64,000 nt of DNA, taken from the NCBI GenBank assembly GCA_903908245.1, contig CAIVRE010000020.1, positions 2,758-66,757 on the forward strand, written 5' to 3'. Each line of letters begins with the position of its first letter. The stretch's first letter is position 1. The DNA comes from Candidatus Omnitrophota bacterium (GTDB lineage Bacteria; Omnitrophota; Gorgyraeia; Zapsychrales; Fredricksoniimonadaceae). Positions 1 through 9,014 of the stretch are shown here, in pieces. The notes below the pieces were generated by a model. That model saw nothing but the letters and a program-made list of their open reading frames with translations, searched no databases and was not told the origin of the DNA. The position numbers were made by a program, and so were the translations under genes.

Positions 1-228
1 GATGCTGCGCATATCGTCAATAAAACCAATGTATGCCGCGTCCAACTTGACAGGAACAATACTTTTAAACCCCGACAGGCGCCGCTCTTGATCATTAACA
101 CAACGGATCCTCCCCTCCAATTCTGATATTTTCCAGGATAACGACCGCCATTGACTCAATCCCCAAAACCCTTGGAAAAAAGCCCCAAACACGACACACA
201 CCCAAAGAATGCCCCACATCTTTTTCAT
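1..228 (-). CDS. Partial membrane-anchored protein, possible GspM/PilO-like partner. Its 3' end lies outside the window.
   Basis: Minus-strand ATG at 228..226 overlaps the TGA of the upstream gene, giving an ATGA overlap. Translation begins MKKMWGILWVCVVFGAFF, a transmembrane helix, followed by a coiled-coil-like SWKISELEGRIR. It sits in the same coupled operon as the secretin and the GspL-like gene. Confidence 0.4.
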   Translation of the reverse strand, partial: MKKMWGILWVCVVFGAFFQGFWGLSQWRSLSWKISELEGRIRCVNDQERRLSGFKSIVPVKLDAAYIGFIDDMRSI

Positions 229-1424
229 ATATTCTCTCCAAAGCCCTTCAAACCCCTATCAAGACGGCTTTTCTGATAGATAACCCTTAAAGCAGGCTGA
301 CCACCTGCAAGCTCATCAACAACTACCGCTTTCGTATAAATCCCCCGGGCATCAAAGAAACCTTCCTCACCTTTAAGAATAAAAACCGAAACCTTCTCGC
401 CGCCCTCTAACCCCGACTCCCAGATAATATTCTGCAATAACCAACCATTCGGCAAAGAATCCAAAAGACTCAAAAAAGACCCCTGCCAGCTGATCACCTT
501 CAACGAACGAAGATACTCCTGATACGTCAAAAGAGAACGCTCTTTCAAAATGGCTTCCCGAGAAACCACCATACTTTCCATACCTTTCATCCGGCTCAAA
601 GCATCCTCACGCAACGTTAACATGATCACCGAAAACAATACCGCCCCGGCTGTTACCAATAACGGCAGCGAGTATTTCAATGCACCCCGACGCCATTCTT
701 CCTGCTTTTGCTTACGCGCCTCTTCTTCAGGCGATGGAAAATGGACGGAAAAACGAGCTCTTTCCAGCACTTCAAAAACTGAAAGCACCGAGTCAACCGC
801 AACAATATCCTCGTGCCCCCGCTGTTTAATAAACGCCTCAAGGAACGCCCCATGATCAGACACCACCTTGACCGCCCCGCACGACCGCAAGCGCTCCAAC
901 AACCGCTTCTCACTGCGCCTCACTTCCTCGGCGATCCGCTCTCCATCCTGAAAAACAAGCTCGCGCGTTTCCACGATCGATAACCCGTCGATAACTGTAA
1001 CGAACACCCGCGCTCCAACATCATTCACCACAATATGTGCTGCGCCTTCCAGGACAAAGCCCGTAGAAAGCAGATACGCCCGGACCGCCAACCCGTATGG
1101 CACGCAAACCTTGATCGAACCCTTGGGAACAATATCGTAAAACCCGCGCAACATTTCTTCCCGCGCGCCCATCACCAGTCCCACTCCGCCTTTCAATCTT
1201 TCCTGACGCATAATGAACCCGCCAGGGAGCTCTGCACTAATCCCTTTATCCGCTGCTGCCGAAAACTTCACTTGCCGATATTCAATCCCTCCCAATAAAA
1301 CGGCCAACTCCTTCGTCGAGCTGAGATCTGATCCCGCAAACTCTTCCAATGACAGCCATTGCAACCCGCCCTCACCGACACAACAAATGCCTCTATCGGT
1401 TAAAATAATGACTTCCATTGTCAT
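225..1424 (-). CDS. GspL-like protein, a PilM-PilN-type fusion: a cytoplasmic actin-like domain, a single transmembrane helix and a periplasmic domain.
   Basis: 399 aa. The N-terminal ~245 aa are soluble, followed by a hydrophobic helix (LPLLVTAGAVLFSVIMLTL) and a ~130 aa C-terminal domain. The size and topology match GspL. A 4-nt start/stop overlap with the secretin gene indicates coupling. Confidence 0.5.
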   Translation of the reverse strand: MTMEVIILTDRGICCVGEGGLQWLSLEEFAGSDLSSTKELAVLLGGIEYRQVKFSAAADKGISAELPGGFIMRQERLKGGVGLVMGAREEMLRGFYDIVPKGSIKVCVPYGLAVRAYLLSTGFVLEGAAHIVVNDVGARVFVTVIDGLSIVETRELVFQDGERIAEEVRRSEKRLLERLRSCGAVKVVSDHGAFLEAFIKQRGHEDIVAVDSVLSVFEVLERARFSVHFPSPEEEARKQKQEEWRRGALKYSLPLLVTAGAVLFSVIMLTLREDALSRMKGMESMVVSREAILKERSLLTYQEYLRSLKVISWQGSFLSLLDSLPNGWLLQNIIWESGLEGGEKVSVFILKGEEGFFDARGIYTKAVVVDELAGGQPALRVIYQKSRLDRGLKGFGENI

Positions 1425-2806
1425 CCCCTCTTTGGTGTGATCAAAACTACCAGCTCAACCCTTGAATGTTTCTCCGACTCATAAGAAAATAACCTCCCCA
1501 GGAATGGAAGACGGCCAAGGACCGGGATACCAAAATGATCTTTACTGCGACTTTTTGTTATCAACCCGCCGATGACCGCAGTCTCATTCGCCTTTAACCT
1601 GACCATAGTATTCATGGACTTCATGGATGTTTCAGGCGCCTCAAGCCGGCTTCCTCCCCCAAGGGCGATCGAACGGATATCATCCACGCTGCTCACCACG
1701 GGCGTTACATTAAGGAATATTTCATCGCCGACCATATTGCCAACGATCTGCAACGTTACGCCGCCATGAACCTCCCCCAGAGAACCGCTGACGATCGTAC
1801 CCCCCGACTGGGTAGTTTCAATATTCGACGATTCAACATACGATCTTGTCGCTCCAACCTGGATATTGGCAACAGTATTATTCAGCATGGCGATCCGCGG
1901 TTGAGAAACGACCTCCACCTTTCCGTATGAATCCAGGGCACGAAGCAATACCTTGACCCCTGTCTCGGTATCCCCGGACCCCGCCTTATTAACCGAACCT
2001 GACAACGTAAATGTCCCTGCTGCGGGGAGATTCTCAGCGGCCATGGTGCTTACCCCTTTAAAGCCTTTAAGATCTCCCCGCTCCATCAATGCCGACCAGT
2101 CGATCCCCAGACGATTCTCATCCGAAAGCTCCACCTCGATCACCTTTACGTTCACCAGGATCTGCCGGCTGACACGTCGATTAAGTTCATCAATAAAACC
2201 CTCAACTGTTTCAAGGACAACCGGATTATCCGTTACCAGCATCACTCCGCCGACCCGATTTAACGACACACTGCCAGACGGAGAAAGCAAGGCTTTCACA
2301 TTACGTTCGGCATCCTCCCAATAGGAAAGTCGCTGGATGGTATTCTCAACCACCACCTTGGTCCCCACACGCACCTTGGAAGATCTCTTGTCCGATGTCC
2401 CGGAGCTATCGGTCAGGCTCTCATTGCTCGTCAAAGTATCAAGCTGCTGTTCCACTGGCGGCAAAGCCAACCGGAACACCTTGCTTTCAACCGCCAGGAT
2501 CACAAGGTCCTGTCCATTAACCTTAAAACCATACCCGTGTGAATAAAGGATCGTATTAAGGGCACGCAACACCGTTACATCCTTAAGATCAACATTAATA
2601 TCCGCTTCTTCAACGCCCTTGCCCAGAACAACCCCTTTTCCCGTCGCATCTGCTAGGCTCTTGATCGCTTCGGTTAATTTGAACGACCCGGTCATCGAGA
2701 CCTTGCGCATCAGCTCCGGCATAACAACCACCGTCTCCGCTGCCCATAATGCAGAAGCCCCCAGTAAAGACGATATCAACCATAAACATAGCCATTGTCT
2801 TTTCAT
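1421..2806 (-). CDS. Outer-membrane secretin of the GspD/PilQ family.
   Basis: 461 aa with an N-terminal signal peptide (MKRQWLCLWLISSLLGASALWA). The C-terminal secretin signature is GGLITKSRSKDHFGIPVLGRLPFLGRLF...VELVVLITPK. A 4-nt overlap with the flanking genes indicates coupling. Confidence 0.8.
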   Translation of the reverse strand: MKRQWLCLWLISSLLGASALWAAETVVVMPELMRKVSMTGSFKLTEAIKSLADATGKGVVLGKGVEEADINVDLKDVTVLRALNTILYSHGYGFKVNGQDLVILAVESKVFRLALPPVEQQLDTLTSNESLTDSSGTSDKRSSKVRVGTKVVVENTIQRLSYWEDAERNVKALLSPSGSVSLNRVGGVMLVTDNPVVLETVEGFIDELNRRVSRQILVNVKVIEVELSDENRLGIDWSALMERGDLKGFKGVSTMAAENLPAAGTFTLSGSVNKAGSGDTETGVKVLLRALDSYGKVEVVSQPRIAMLNNTVANIQVGATRSYVESSNIETTQSGGTIVSGSLGEVHGGVTLQIVGNMVGDEIFLNVTPVVSSVDDIRSIALGGGSRLEAPETSMKSMNTMVRLKANETAVIGGLITKSRSKDHFGIPVLGRLPFLGRLFSYESEKHSRVELVVLITPKRG

Positions 2807-3237
2807 TTGATCTGCCTTTCATTAGGAATAACCAAAGGTAACGCGGTAATATCGGCAGCCAAAACCTCAACATGCTCAGGATCCGGCCGAATATCAGAAC
2901 GCAAAGGAAACCCACCGGCTTTTATCCATTCACCGGGGGTAATAATAACAAGCTCATTATGTTCAGGATAAAAGGCTCCTCCCTGAACATGCGCCGGAAT
3001 ACGCACCTCCTGCACCAACGGTGCCGCCCAATTACTGCCACCTAAATAGGGGAAGCCGTTGCCGTTCATCCCATCCGCCATCCTGCCTAGATTCTCTTTG
3101 ATCCCCCGCTGGTAACCTTCGTCATATGCCACGCCGTAACGAGGCGTACCGGTCGATACGCAACCACTCAGAGCCCCGGCCATAACGACCAGGATCAATA
3201 ATATTCTAACGAACCCCATAAGGATGCTCCTTTGCAC
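2803..3237 (-). CDS. Small lipoprotein, possibly a pilotin or PilP-like secretin accessory.
   Basis: Lipobox ...VVMAGALSGC follows a hydrophobic leader. The protein is 144 aa. It overlaps the traC 3' end and the secretin 5' end. Confidence 0.5.
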   Translation of the reverse strand: MQRSILMGFVRILLILVVMAGALSGCVSTGTPRYGVAYDEGYQRGIKENLGRMADGMNGNGFPYLGGSNWAAPLVQEVRIPAHVQGGAFYPEHNELVIITPGEWIKAGGFPLRSDIRPDPEHVEVLAADITALPLVIPNERQIK

Positions 3238-5686
3238 ACTGTTTAAGCGCGGCTAACAGGTCTCCGCCCAAACGCTCACGAACAACATTAAGATATTCAT
3301 TGTTTCGCGGCTCAGTATTGGCCGCCCAGTACAAAAAAGGATCCGGTACAAGCCTTATTACACCGGACGATGACGGCGTTATCACCAATGCCTCGGAATA
3401 CTGCCCCTTGACCATATTCAAAGATCGCAAAAGGGCAGTACTCTCCTCACTAAGAGACAGCTCCCTCTTAAAACCTTCGATCAAACTGGGATCCTGTCTT
3501 AAAAATATTTTATTGGAGGTGTTTGCCAGAACAGCTCCCCCTGCTTTCTGCTGAAGAAGGTCGCCAGCCTCCTGCGTAACGGCCACCGCTGAACAACGAT
3601 ACTTCCGGAAGGTCTTGAATGCATTGGCTATAAAATCAGCTGTATTAGACATCTTGAGCAACTGCCATGCTTCATCGATAATGAGAAACTTGCGCTCCGC
3701 GACCACGGCACTCTCGGAGACAAAATTGGTAATAAAGAACATGATATTCAATAACACGACCAGCTGCAGATCAGGATAACGTGACAATTGCGCCAGCTCA
3801 AAGACCGTGAAACGCCCGCAAGACGACAGCTCATTGGGCCCATCGAAGAACTGTCCATACTGCCCATCTTTAGTGAAAGGCGTCAAGCAGAGCGCGAGCC
3901 GTTGCCCCATATCCGCAGGCAATCCCTTCGCTTCACTACAAAAAGGATCTTTAAGCACTTTAACAATATCGCTCAGAATAACCTCTCGGTCCGGGTTTTG
4001 TTCGTACGCCTTGAGAATACTGATCTGAAGCAACCCGCGTTCTTCACGCCCCAAGCGGTCGCGTTCATCGCCACCGGAAGCCATCATGGCAAGCATCTCG
4101 ACCAAGAAAGCTTGGGTTTCCGCTGTAGGTCTTCGATAGAACGGATTAATACACAACGGCTTATCCATCTCGAATGAAACGTACTGCCCGCTTAATACTT
4201 CACATGTCTTGCGATACGAATGCCCCTTGTCCAGTACAAAGAAATATGCGCCGAGACGATAATTCTGATAAATAAGATCGTTGGTCAAAAACGACTTCCC
4301 TGCTCCGGAAGCCCCAATGATCACTGCGTGCGGATTAGTATCAGAGTCGAAGAAATCAATACCTACAGTCTCTGCCCGGCGGTTAAGATACAAAGCCGCC
4401 GGCGTACGCGTACCCCGGAAAGCCCCATACCACGGCAGCAGATCACTAAAGTTATCCGCTAATAACCGACGTGTTCTGCGAACAAAATGATCATAGGCAT
4501 GATCAAAATTCAGCGGAAGGCAGCTCAAGAACAATGAAGGCGCAATAATCTCCTCTTTCAATCCCTCAGCTCCAAGACGGCTGAGGCTGGCTATGAATGC
4601 GTCCGCAGAACGATCCGCTTCATCGGCGGTCGCTGCAAACGGGATAAAATGAACCCGGCCATATACCACCGCCCTGCCGCCTTTAAATGATTCGCTGATC
4701 AAAGAACTAAGCTCTTCTTTCTTCTGGACCGCCTCTTCACTGATATCCCCCAATGAGGAAGTTCTTTGAATAAACGCAAACGCCTTCTGGAATTTAAGAC
4801 GCGCAAGCGCCTGCGATTGATCGGGAATAATAAAATTCATGACAACCAAGAATTCACGACAAACATCTAAAAGAGACGGCCCATTGCCTGAAGAACAGGT
4901 GACCATGCCTGCCCAAGTCCTCGATGGAAGCTCTTTAAGTGTAACCACACGGGTATGCCGGCCATCAAGGACAAACCCCCGTCCTTCAGCTAATGGCGCG
5001 TTATACAGGATCTGATCCCTGATAAAACGCCCCGCGGTTTTCTCTTTTTTCACCTGAAGTGAACGACGCGGATTAAGCACACGATACAAGAAATGGATCA
5101 CATCATCCGCATCCAACACTTTTAACAGCATCCCTGTTGCACGCAAGGCATTCTCGAAAGGGACAACAAGCTTCAAGAACGTTTCATGCTCTTTTTCAAA
5201 AATACCAGGGCCATAGTGACCCCCGACGACAAAATACACACGTGCGCGTCCAGGCCAGGATGGTGCTTGAAATTGAGGAAAATACCGGGCCGTGAGGAAC
5301 ACCCTTAATTCACGGGGAAAAACAGTCTTTTGCAAATGTTCAAGTTTCTCATCGATGGCTGCCCGCACGATCCCGGAGGCCTCTTTCACCCCGGCCATCC
5401 GATAATCGTCCAGGTTCGCACTGATATCCGTATCACTCCAAAGAATAACTTGAAGGCAAAGCCTGGATGAAAGGCGGCTCAGAATGCCCGCAACCTGGGA
5501 AGAAAAATCATCCAACATATCCATGGAAGCGGCCTCTGCCCCAAAGGGCTTGACTTCCCACACCCGGCCAAGGCTGCCATCGACATTCACAAAAACACCT
5601 CCCACCTCATCCGCATACGGTAAATGATCCAGCAGCGATGGCCCCTCATTAAATATCTTCTCAATATCCAAAGCCGTTAAAGCCAT
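3206..5686 (-). CDS. traC: TraC/VirB4-family conjugative type IV secretion ATPase.
   Basis: 826 aa. The Walker A region VIIGASGAGKSFLTNDLI...FVLDKGHSYRKTCEVLSGQYVSF...INPF aligns with F-plasmid TraC (SGAGKT...DMGDGYKSLCENMGGVY...FNPF). Confidence 0.8.
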   Translation of the reverse strand: MALTALDIEKIFNEGPSLLDHLPYADEVGGVFVNVDGSLGRVWEVKPFGAEAASMDMLDDFSSQVAGILSRLSSRLCLQVILWSDTDISANLDDYRMAGVKEASGIVRAAIDEKLEHLQKTVFPRELRVFLTARYFPQFQAPSWPGRARVYFVVGGHYGPGIFEKEHETFLKLVVPFENALRATGMLLKVLDADDVIHFLYRVLNPRRSLQVKKEKTAGRFIRDQILYNAPLAEGRGFVLDGRHTRVVTLKELPSRTWAGMVTCSSGNGPSLLDVCREFLVVMNFIIPDQSQALARLKFQKAFAFIQRTSSLGDISEEAVQKKEELSSLISESFKGGRAVVYGRVHFIPFAATADEADRSADAFIASLSRLGAEGLKEEIIAPSLFLSCLPLNFDHAYDHFVRRTRRLLADNFSDLLPWYGAFRGTRTPAALYLNRRAETVGIDFFDSDTNPHAVIIGASGAGKSFLTNDLIYQNYRLGAYFFVLDKGHSYRKTCEVLSGQYVSFEMDKPLCINPFYRRPTAETQAFLVEMLAMMASGGDERDRLGREERGLLQISILKAYEQNPDREVILSDIVKVLKDPFCSEAKGLPADMGQRLALCLTPFTKDGQYGQFFDGPNELSSCGRFTVFELAQLSRYPDLQLVVLLNIMFFITNFVSESAVVAERKFLIIDEAWQLLKMSNTADFIANAFKTFRKYRCSAVAVTQEAGDLLQQKAGGAVLANTSNKIFLRQDPSLIEGFKRELSLSEESTALLRSLNMVKGQYSEALVITPSSSGVIRLVPDPFLYWAANTEPRNNEYLNVVRERLGGDLLAALKQCAKEHPYGVR

Positions 5687-6042
5687 CAGCGCCCCTCTCC
5701 CTCGATGAACCAGCGCGTTCGTTCAAGCATCACGAACGACCAATGCCCGCCCACCATGATATTCTTGTCCTCTTTAACAATATGGGACGGCACCCAAACC
5801 TTGATAACTCTCGGGAGAAGGATCACCGGAAGATATGGCTTCACCACCCCGAGTGGCGCATCCAGCGAAAGAAGAGGTCTCCCTTCAGCGTCCGTCTTTT
5901 CCGCCTGCTTGGCCTGACGATAAGTCTCCGCGAACGTACGGGCCTTCTTTTCATCAGAAGCCCTCTGTCCCGACGATGAAACAGAAGCGCAGCCGCTAAT
6001 CCAAATAACGAACATTATCAGGCTTATTGCTCTTAAGGCCAT
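5686..6042 (-). CDS. traV: TraV-like outer-membrane lipoprotein of the type IV secretion core.
   Basis: 118 aa. The signal peptide carries a lipobox (IWISGCAS). It sits between the TraB-like and TraC genes, as in F-type operons. Confidence 0.5.
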   Translation of the reverse strand: MALRAISLIMFVIWISGCASVSSSGQRASDEKKARTFAETYRQAKQAEKTDAEGRPLLSLDAPLGVVKPYLPVILLPRVIKVWVPSHIVKEDKNIMVGGHWSFVMLERTRWFIEGEGR

Positions 6043-7132
6043 TGATCCGCACTCCTTCCAGAATGATCAAATATACATCCACCCCCGACTCAACCCGAAC
6101 CGCAGGAATGATGGAACTCAGTTGATCCGCATAATATTTTGATAATTGCGCCGCACTTTGAGAGAGTCCCTGAAATGCGGCATACCTGCCAACACTGCCT
6201 GTCACATTACGTGACACCCGCCCGCTCGATGACCTTACAGCCGTTGTCTCTCCATCCGCAATGGCCCCGGAAGCACCTCCCAAAAAACCGGTCATGAACG
6301 ACGATGCCATCTGCGCCCCCGTATTGCGCACAACGACCCCCCGGATCCCAAGCTCTCCGTTAATATCCGTAACATACCCGATATTACCCTGCTGTTGGAA
6401 CTCCCGGCCATCCGGCAATATCGCAGACAATGTCACTGCCTGGATGAGCGCCCGCTCACTATTAAGCTCGCCAACAGCTTTCCCGATCACAAACGCGCCC
6501 TCGAGAGGAATTCGGGCCTCATTCGGACCATAAAACGCCTCATTCAAACGAATAAGCACCGGCAACGGATTATTCTGGTCCGAAGGAGCATAAACCCCGG
6601 TCAAAAGCGTTCCGCGAACAAAACTTCCCGACGGCAAGAATACGCCCTCTTTCTCCGGTTCCGATACAGGATTAATATTAACGACTTCCAACCGATAACT
6701 TTCAACACGCCCCCCTGCCGGAGAAAGGGAAGGTTTCTCCGCAAATTTTGTTTCCAACCTCATGACGCTATCATTGATCCCTCCCTGGATCTTCAATACT
6801 TCAGCGATCTTTTTATCCAACACTTCAATCTGAACTTCCATCTGATGGCTTCTTTCCTGCGCGCCATGATATTGTTCTTCCAGTCGCCCGACAAAAGCCT
6901 TGCGGTCCACATCCTCGTCAAGAAATAACCCCGACCGTTCCATATTCGACGCCTTTGGCTTATCGATTTCCAATTCACGTTGCCTTGGACTCTCGGAGAT
7001 CTTTTCAACCTTCCTTGGCGCATGATTTGATGAAAAAACAAATAACAGGACAAAAAAAAGAGCACCCCCCACCCACAACCACATACGGCGGTCATTCATC
7101 AATAACTTGAGCCTCTCGAGTATTTCATTCAT
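5996..7132 (-). CDS. traB: TraB/VirB10-like core protein of the type IV secretion system.
   Basis: 378 aa. It has an N-terminal transmembrane segment, a charged linker and a C-terminal TrbI/VirB10-like beta domain. The operon position matches F traB. Confidence 0.6.
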   Translation of the reverse strand: MNEILERLKLLMNDRRMWLWVGGALFFVLLFVFSSNHAPRKVEKISESPRQRELEIDKPKASNMERSGLFLDEDVDRKAFVGRLEEQYHGAQERSHQMEVQIEVLDKKIAEVLKIQGGINDSVMRLETKFAEKPSLSPAGGRVESYRLEVVNINPVSEPEKEGVFLPSGSFVRGTLLTGVYAPSDQNNPLPVLIRLNEAFYGPNEARIPLEGAFVIGKAVGELNSERALIQAVTLSAILPDGREFQQQGNIGYVTDINGELGIRGVVVRNTGAQMASSFMTGFLGGASGAIADGETTAVRSSSGRVSRNVTGSVGRYAAFQGLSQSAAQLSKYYADQLSSIIPAVRVESGVDVYLIILEGVRINGLKSNKPDNVRYLD

Positions 7133-7842
7133 CGCGATGCCACCATATATAAAATGCCCTTCGATCCTGAAGTCCCTGCAGCGGTCAAAATATCTTTCTG
7201 CGACGTCACCGCCAATAAACCCGGAAAATTAAACTGTTCCACCGGTATCACCAGGGACTGCGGCAATAAATTCTCCGCCGTTAGAACATAACCGACGATT
7301 TCCGGCATTTCATACATGAACATTGTCCTGATCCGCACCCGGGCATCTTCAAAGATCACTGTTTCACGCAAGGTTTCCACCGCGCCGGATGGCGCACGCC
7401 CCGCCGCCAGTTCCCGAATAAGGTCAATGCTTGAAAGCGTGCTTGTCTCGGTAATACCTGCCTCCTTCTGGGGCTCAATGACCACTTTCTCATCAAATCC
7501 TTTATCAAAAACAAATTTAAGCCGGTACGAACGCCCGATACCGTCGATAACCACCAGCTCGGCAGGATCCCGCAACAACGGCGTAATGAATAAATGCCCC
7601 GCCACGTGTTCCACTTTTAGACTTGCCGCATCACCCGAACGGACAATATTGGAAACCCCGCCTCCAACGACGACCTCAATGGCCTTTCCCATCTCGGACC
7701 GGACTTCCACCGCCCCCTCCTGCAACACATGTTTCACCTCCTGGGCCTCGGCACACACCACTGCGCCAAAAACAAGGACAAGGACCAACGTGCATCTATT
7801 TTGTCTCAACGGACACCTCTTCTTTCCTGATATCCAACACAC
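7129..7842 (-). CDS. traK: TraK-like (VirB9/secretin-N-like) core protein of the type IV secretion system.
   Basis: 237 aa with a signal peptide. The C-terminal block AENLLPQSLVIPVEQFNFPGLLAV resembles F TraK [24 protein letters not shown]. Confidence 0.55.
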   Translation of the reverse strand: MCWISGKKRCPLRQNRCTLVLVLVFGAVVCAEAQEVKHVLQEGAVEVRSEMGKAIEVVVGGGVSNIVRSGDAASLKVEHVAGHLFITPLLRDPAELVVIDGIGRSYRLKFVFDKGFDEKVVIEPQKEAGITETSTLSSIDLIRELAAGRAPSGAVETLRETVIFEDARVRIRTMFMYEMPEIVGYVLTAENLLPQSLVIPVEQFNFPGLLAVTSQKDILTAAGTSGSKGILYMVASR

Positions 7843-8434
7843 TTAAAGCATATGGATTATCCCCGGTTGATGCCGACCTCAATAACACGACCACAAAACA
7901 TACAGGTTCAACCGACATTTCTTCTTTCCCCATATAGATCCCGCGTTTCCCCTCCATCGCAACCTTAAAAACACCTTTGTCTTCTTCAACCCGCGGCTCA
8001 GCTGTCAACATAAACACACTGGATAATCGATCCCGGCGGATCTTCTCAATCTCATCAGCAGCCCGCGCATGCACCCGGGATAGCAAGCCCGGAGCCATGG
8101 ACTTTGACGAACGCGTATAAACACCCTCGATCGTGTCCGGCGTATAATTCATCCATCCCGTCAACCACATAACAGCAAAACTGCGTACCGAAACCAACGG
8201 GACATTATCCGGATAAGACATGCCGGAAGACACCGCACCGGGAATGTAATACACCGCCTTTGGACGAGTCACAGAATAGGCGAATGCTATCAGCACAACA
8301 ACCAATAGCCCCGACAATAAATATACGCCCCTGCGCATCTGAATGTTTTCATTCTCCGCACGCGCATAACGTTCAAAAAAAATAGTGCTTTTGGACCTCA
8401 GCGGCTTATCCGCATTAACACGTTCATCACCCAT
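7796..8434 (-). CDS. traE: TraE-like (VirB8-like) bitopic inner-membrane protein.
   Basis: 212 aa with a single N-terminal transmembrane helix. It lies between the TraL-like and TraK-like genes, as in F. Confidence 0.5.
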   Translation of the reverse strand: MGDERVNADKPLRSKSTIFFERYARAENENIQMRRGVYLLSGLLVVVLIAFAYSVTRPKAVYYIPGAVSSGMSYPDNVPLVSVRSFAVMWLTGWMNYTPDTIEGVYTRSSKSMAPGLLSRVHARAADEIEKIRRDRLSSVFMLTAEPRVEEDKGVFKVAMEGKRGIYMGKEEMSVEPVCFVVVLLRSASTGDNPYALSVLDIRKEEVSVETK

Positions 8435-8781
8435 TAATAAACCTCTTCCCTGCCATATACCGCATACCGGCCTTCTCCCGGAGGAAGAAGCCCATCGAAT
8501 GGAATGCCCGAACGATATAAAAGATGGACCATAAACCCTTCCGGCCTCCCGCGCTTAAGCGCGGCTAACAAAGGCCAACTAATAAAAAACAAAATAAGCG
8601 GAACCGTTGGCGTTAATATGACGGCAGGAATACCAAAAAGCAGCATAAGCACCGCCACATCCTCCCCCTCAAGCCCAAGAATTAATAATGGCCGATCGAT
8701 CGTCCGCGGGCAATTACGCATAATTAAAATATGTTCAAAAAATTGGGTAAAAATACCAGCGCCAGCAATGCCAGAACACAC
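8434..8781 (-). CDS. traL: TraL-like (VirB3-like) protein. The likely start is the internal Met near 8721.
   Basis: ALKRGRPEGFMVHLLY matches F TraL KLKKGRGSSWLRDLIY. It has two hydrophobic segments and lies directly downstream of the pilin. Confidence 0.6.
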   Translation of the reverse strand: MCSGIAGAGIFTQFFEHILIMRNCPRTIDRPLLILGLEGEDVAVLMLLFGIPAVILTPTVPLILFFISWPLLAALKRGRPEGFMVHLLYRSGIPFDGLLPPGEGRYAVYGREEVY

Positions 8782-9014
8782 CCCACGGCAGCCCCATAAT
8801 CCTTATGGACGATCTTCCAGATCGCTACGATCAGAAAGATCAAGGCCAAAACCTTGGATGCTGGCCCGGTCATCACCTTTACCATAAAACCAGCCAGATT
8901 ATTGAACTCTTCACTGGCCTTGTCCTCTGCTCCAGACGTTTGAGCCCACACCGCTGAGTACGACGATAAACCCGCCCATAAGAAACACAACAGCCATAAT
9001 TTGATCTTTTTCAT
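8724..9014 (-). CDS. TraA/VirB2-type conjugative (pro)pilin.
   Basis: The start MKKIKLW at 9014 overlaps the TGA of the upstream gene (ATGA). There is a ~24 aa signal peptide, followed by a ~70 aa mature protein with two hydrophobic helices. It is the first type IV secretion gene before the TraL-like gene. Confidence 0.55.
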   Translation of the reverse strand: MKKIKLWLLCFLWAGLSSYSAVWAQTSGAEDKASEEFNNLAGFMVKVMTGPASKVLALIFLIVAIWKIVHKDYGAAVGCVLALLALVFLPNFLNIF

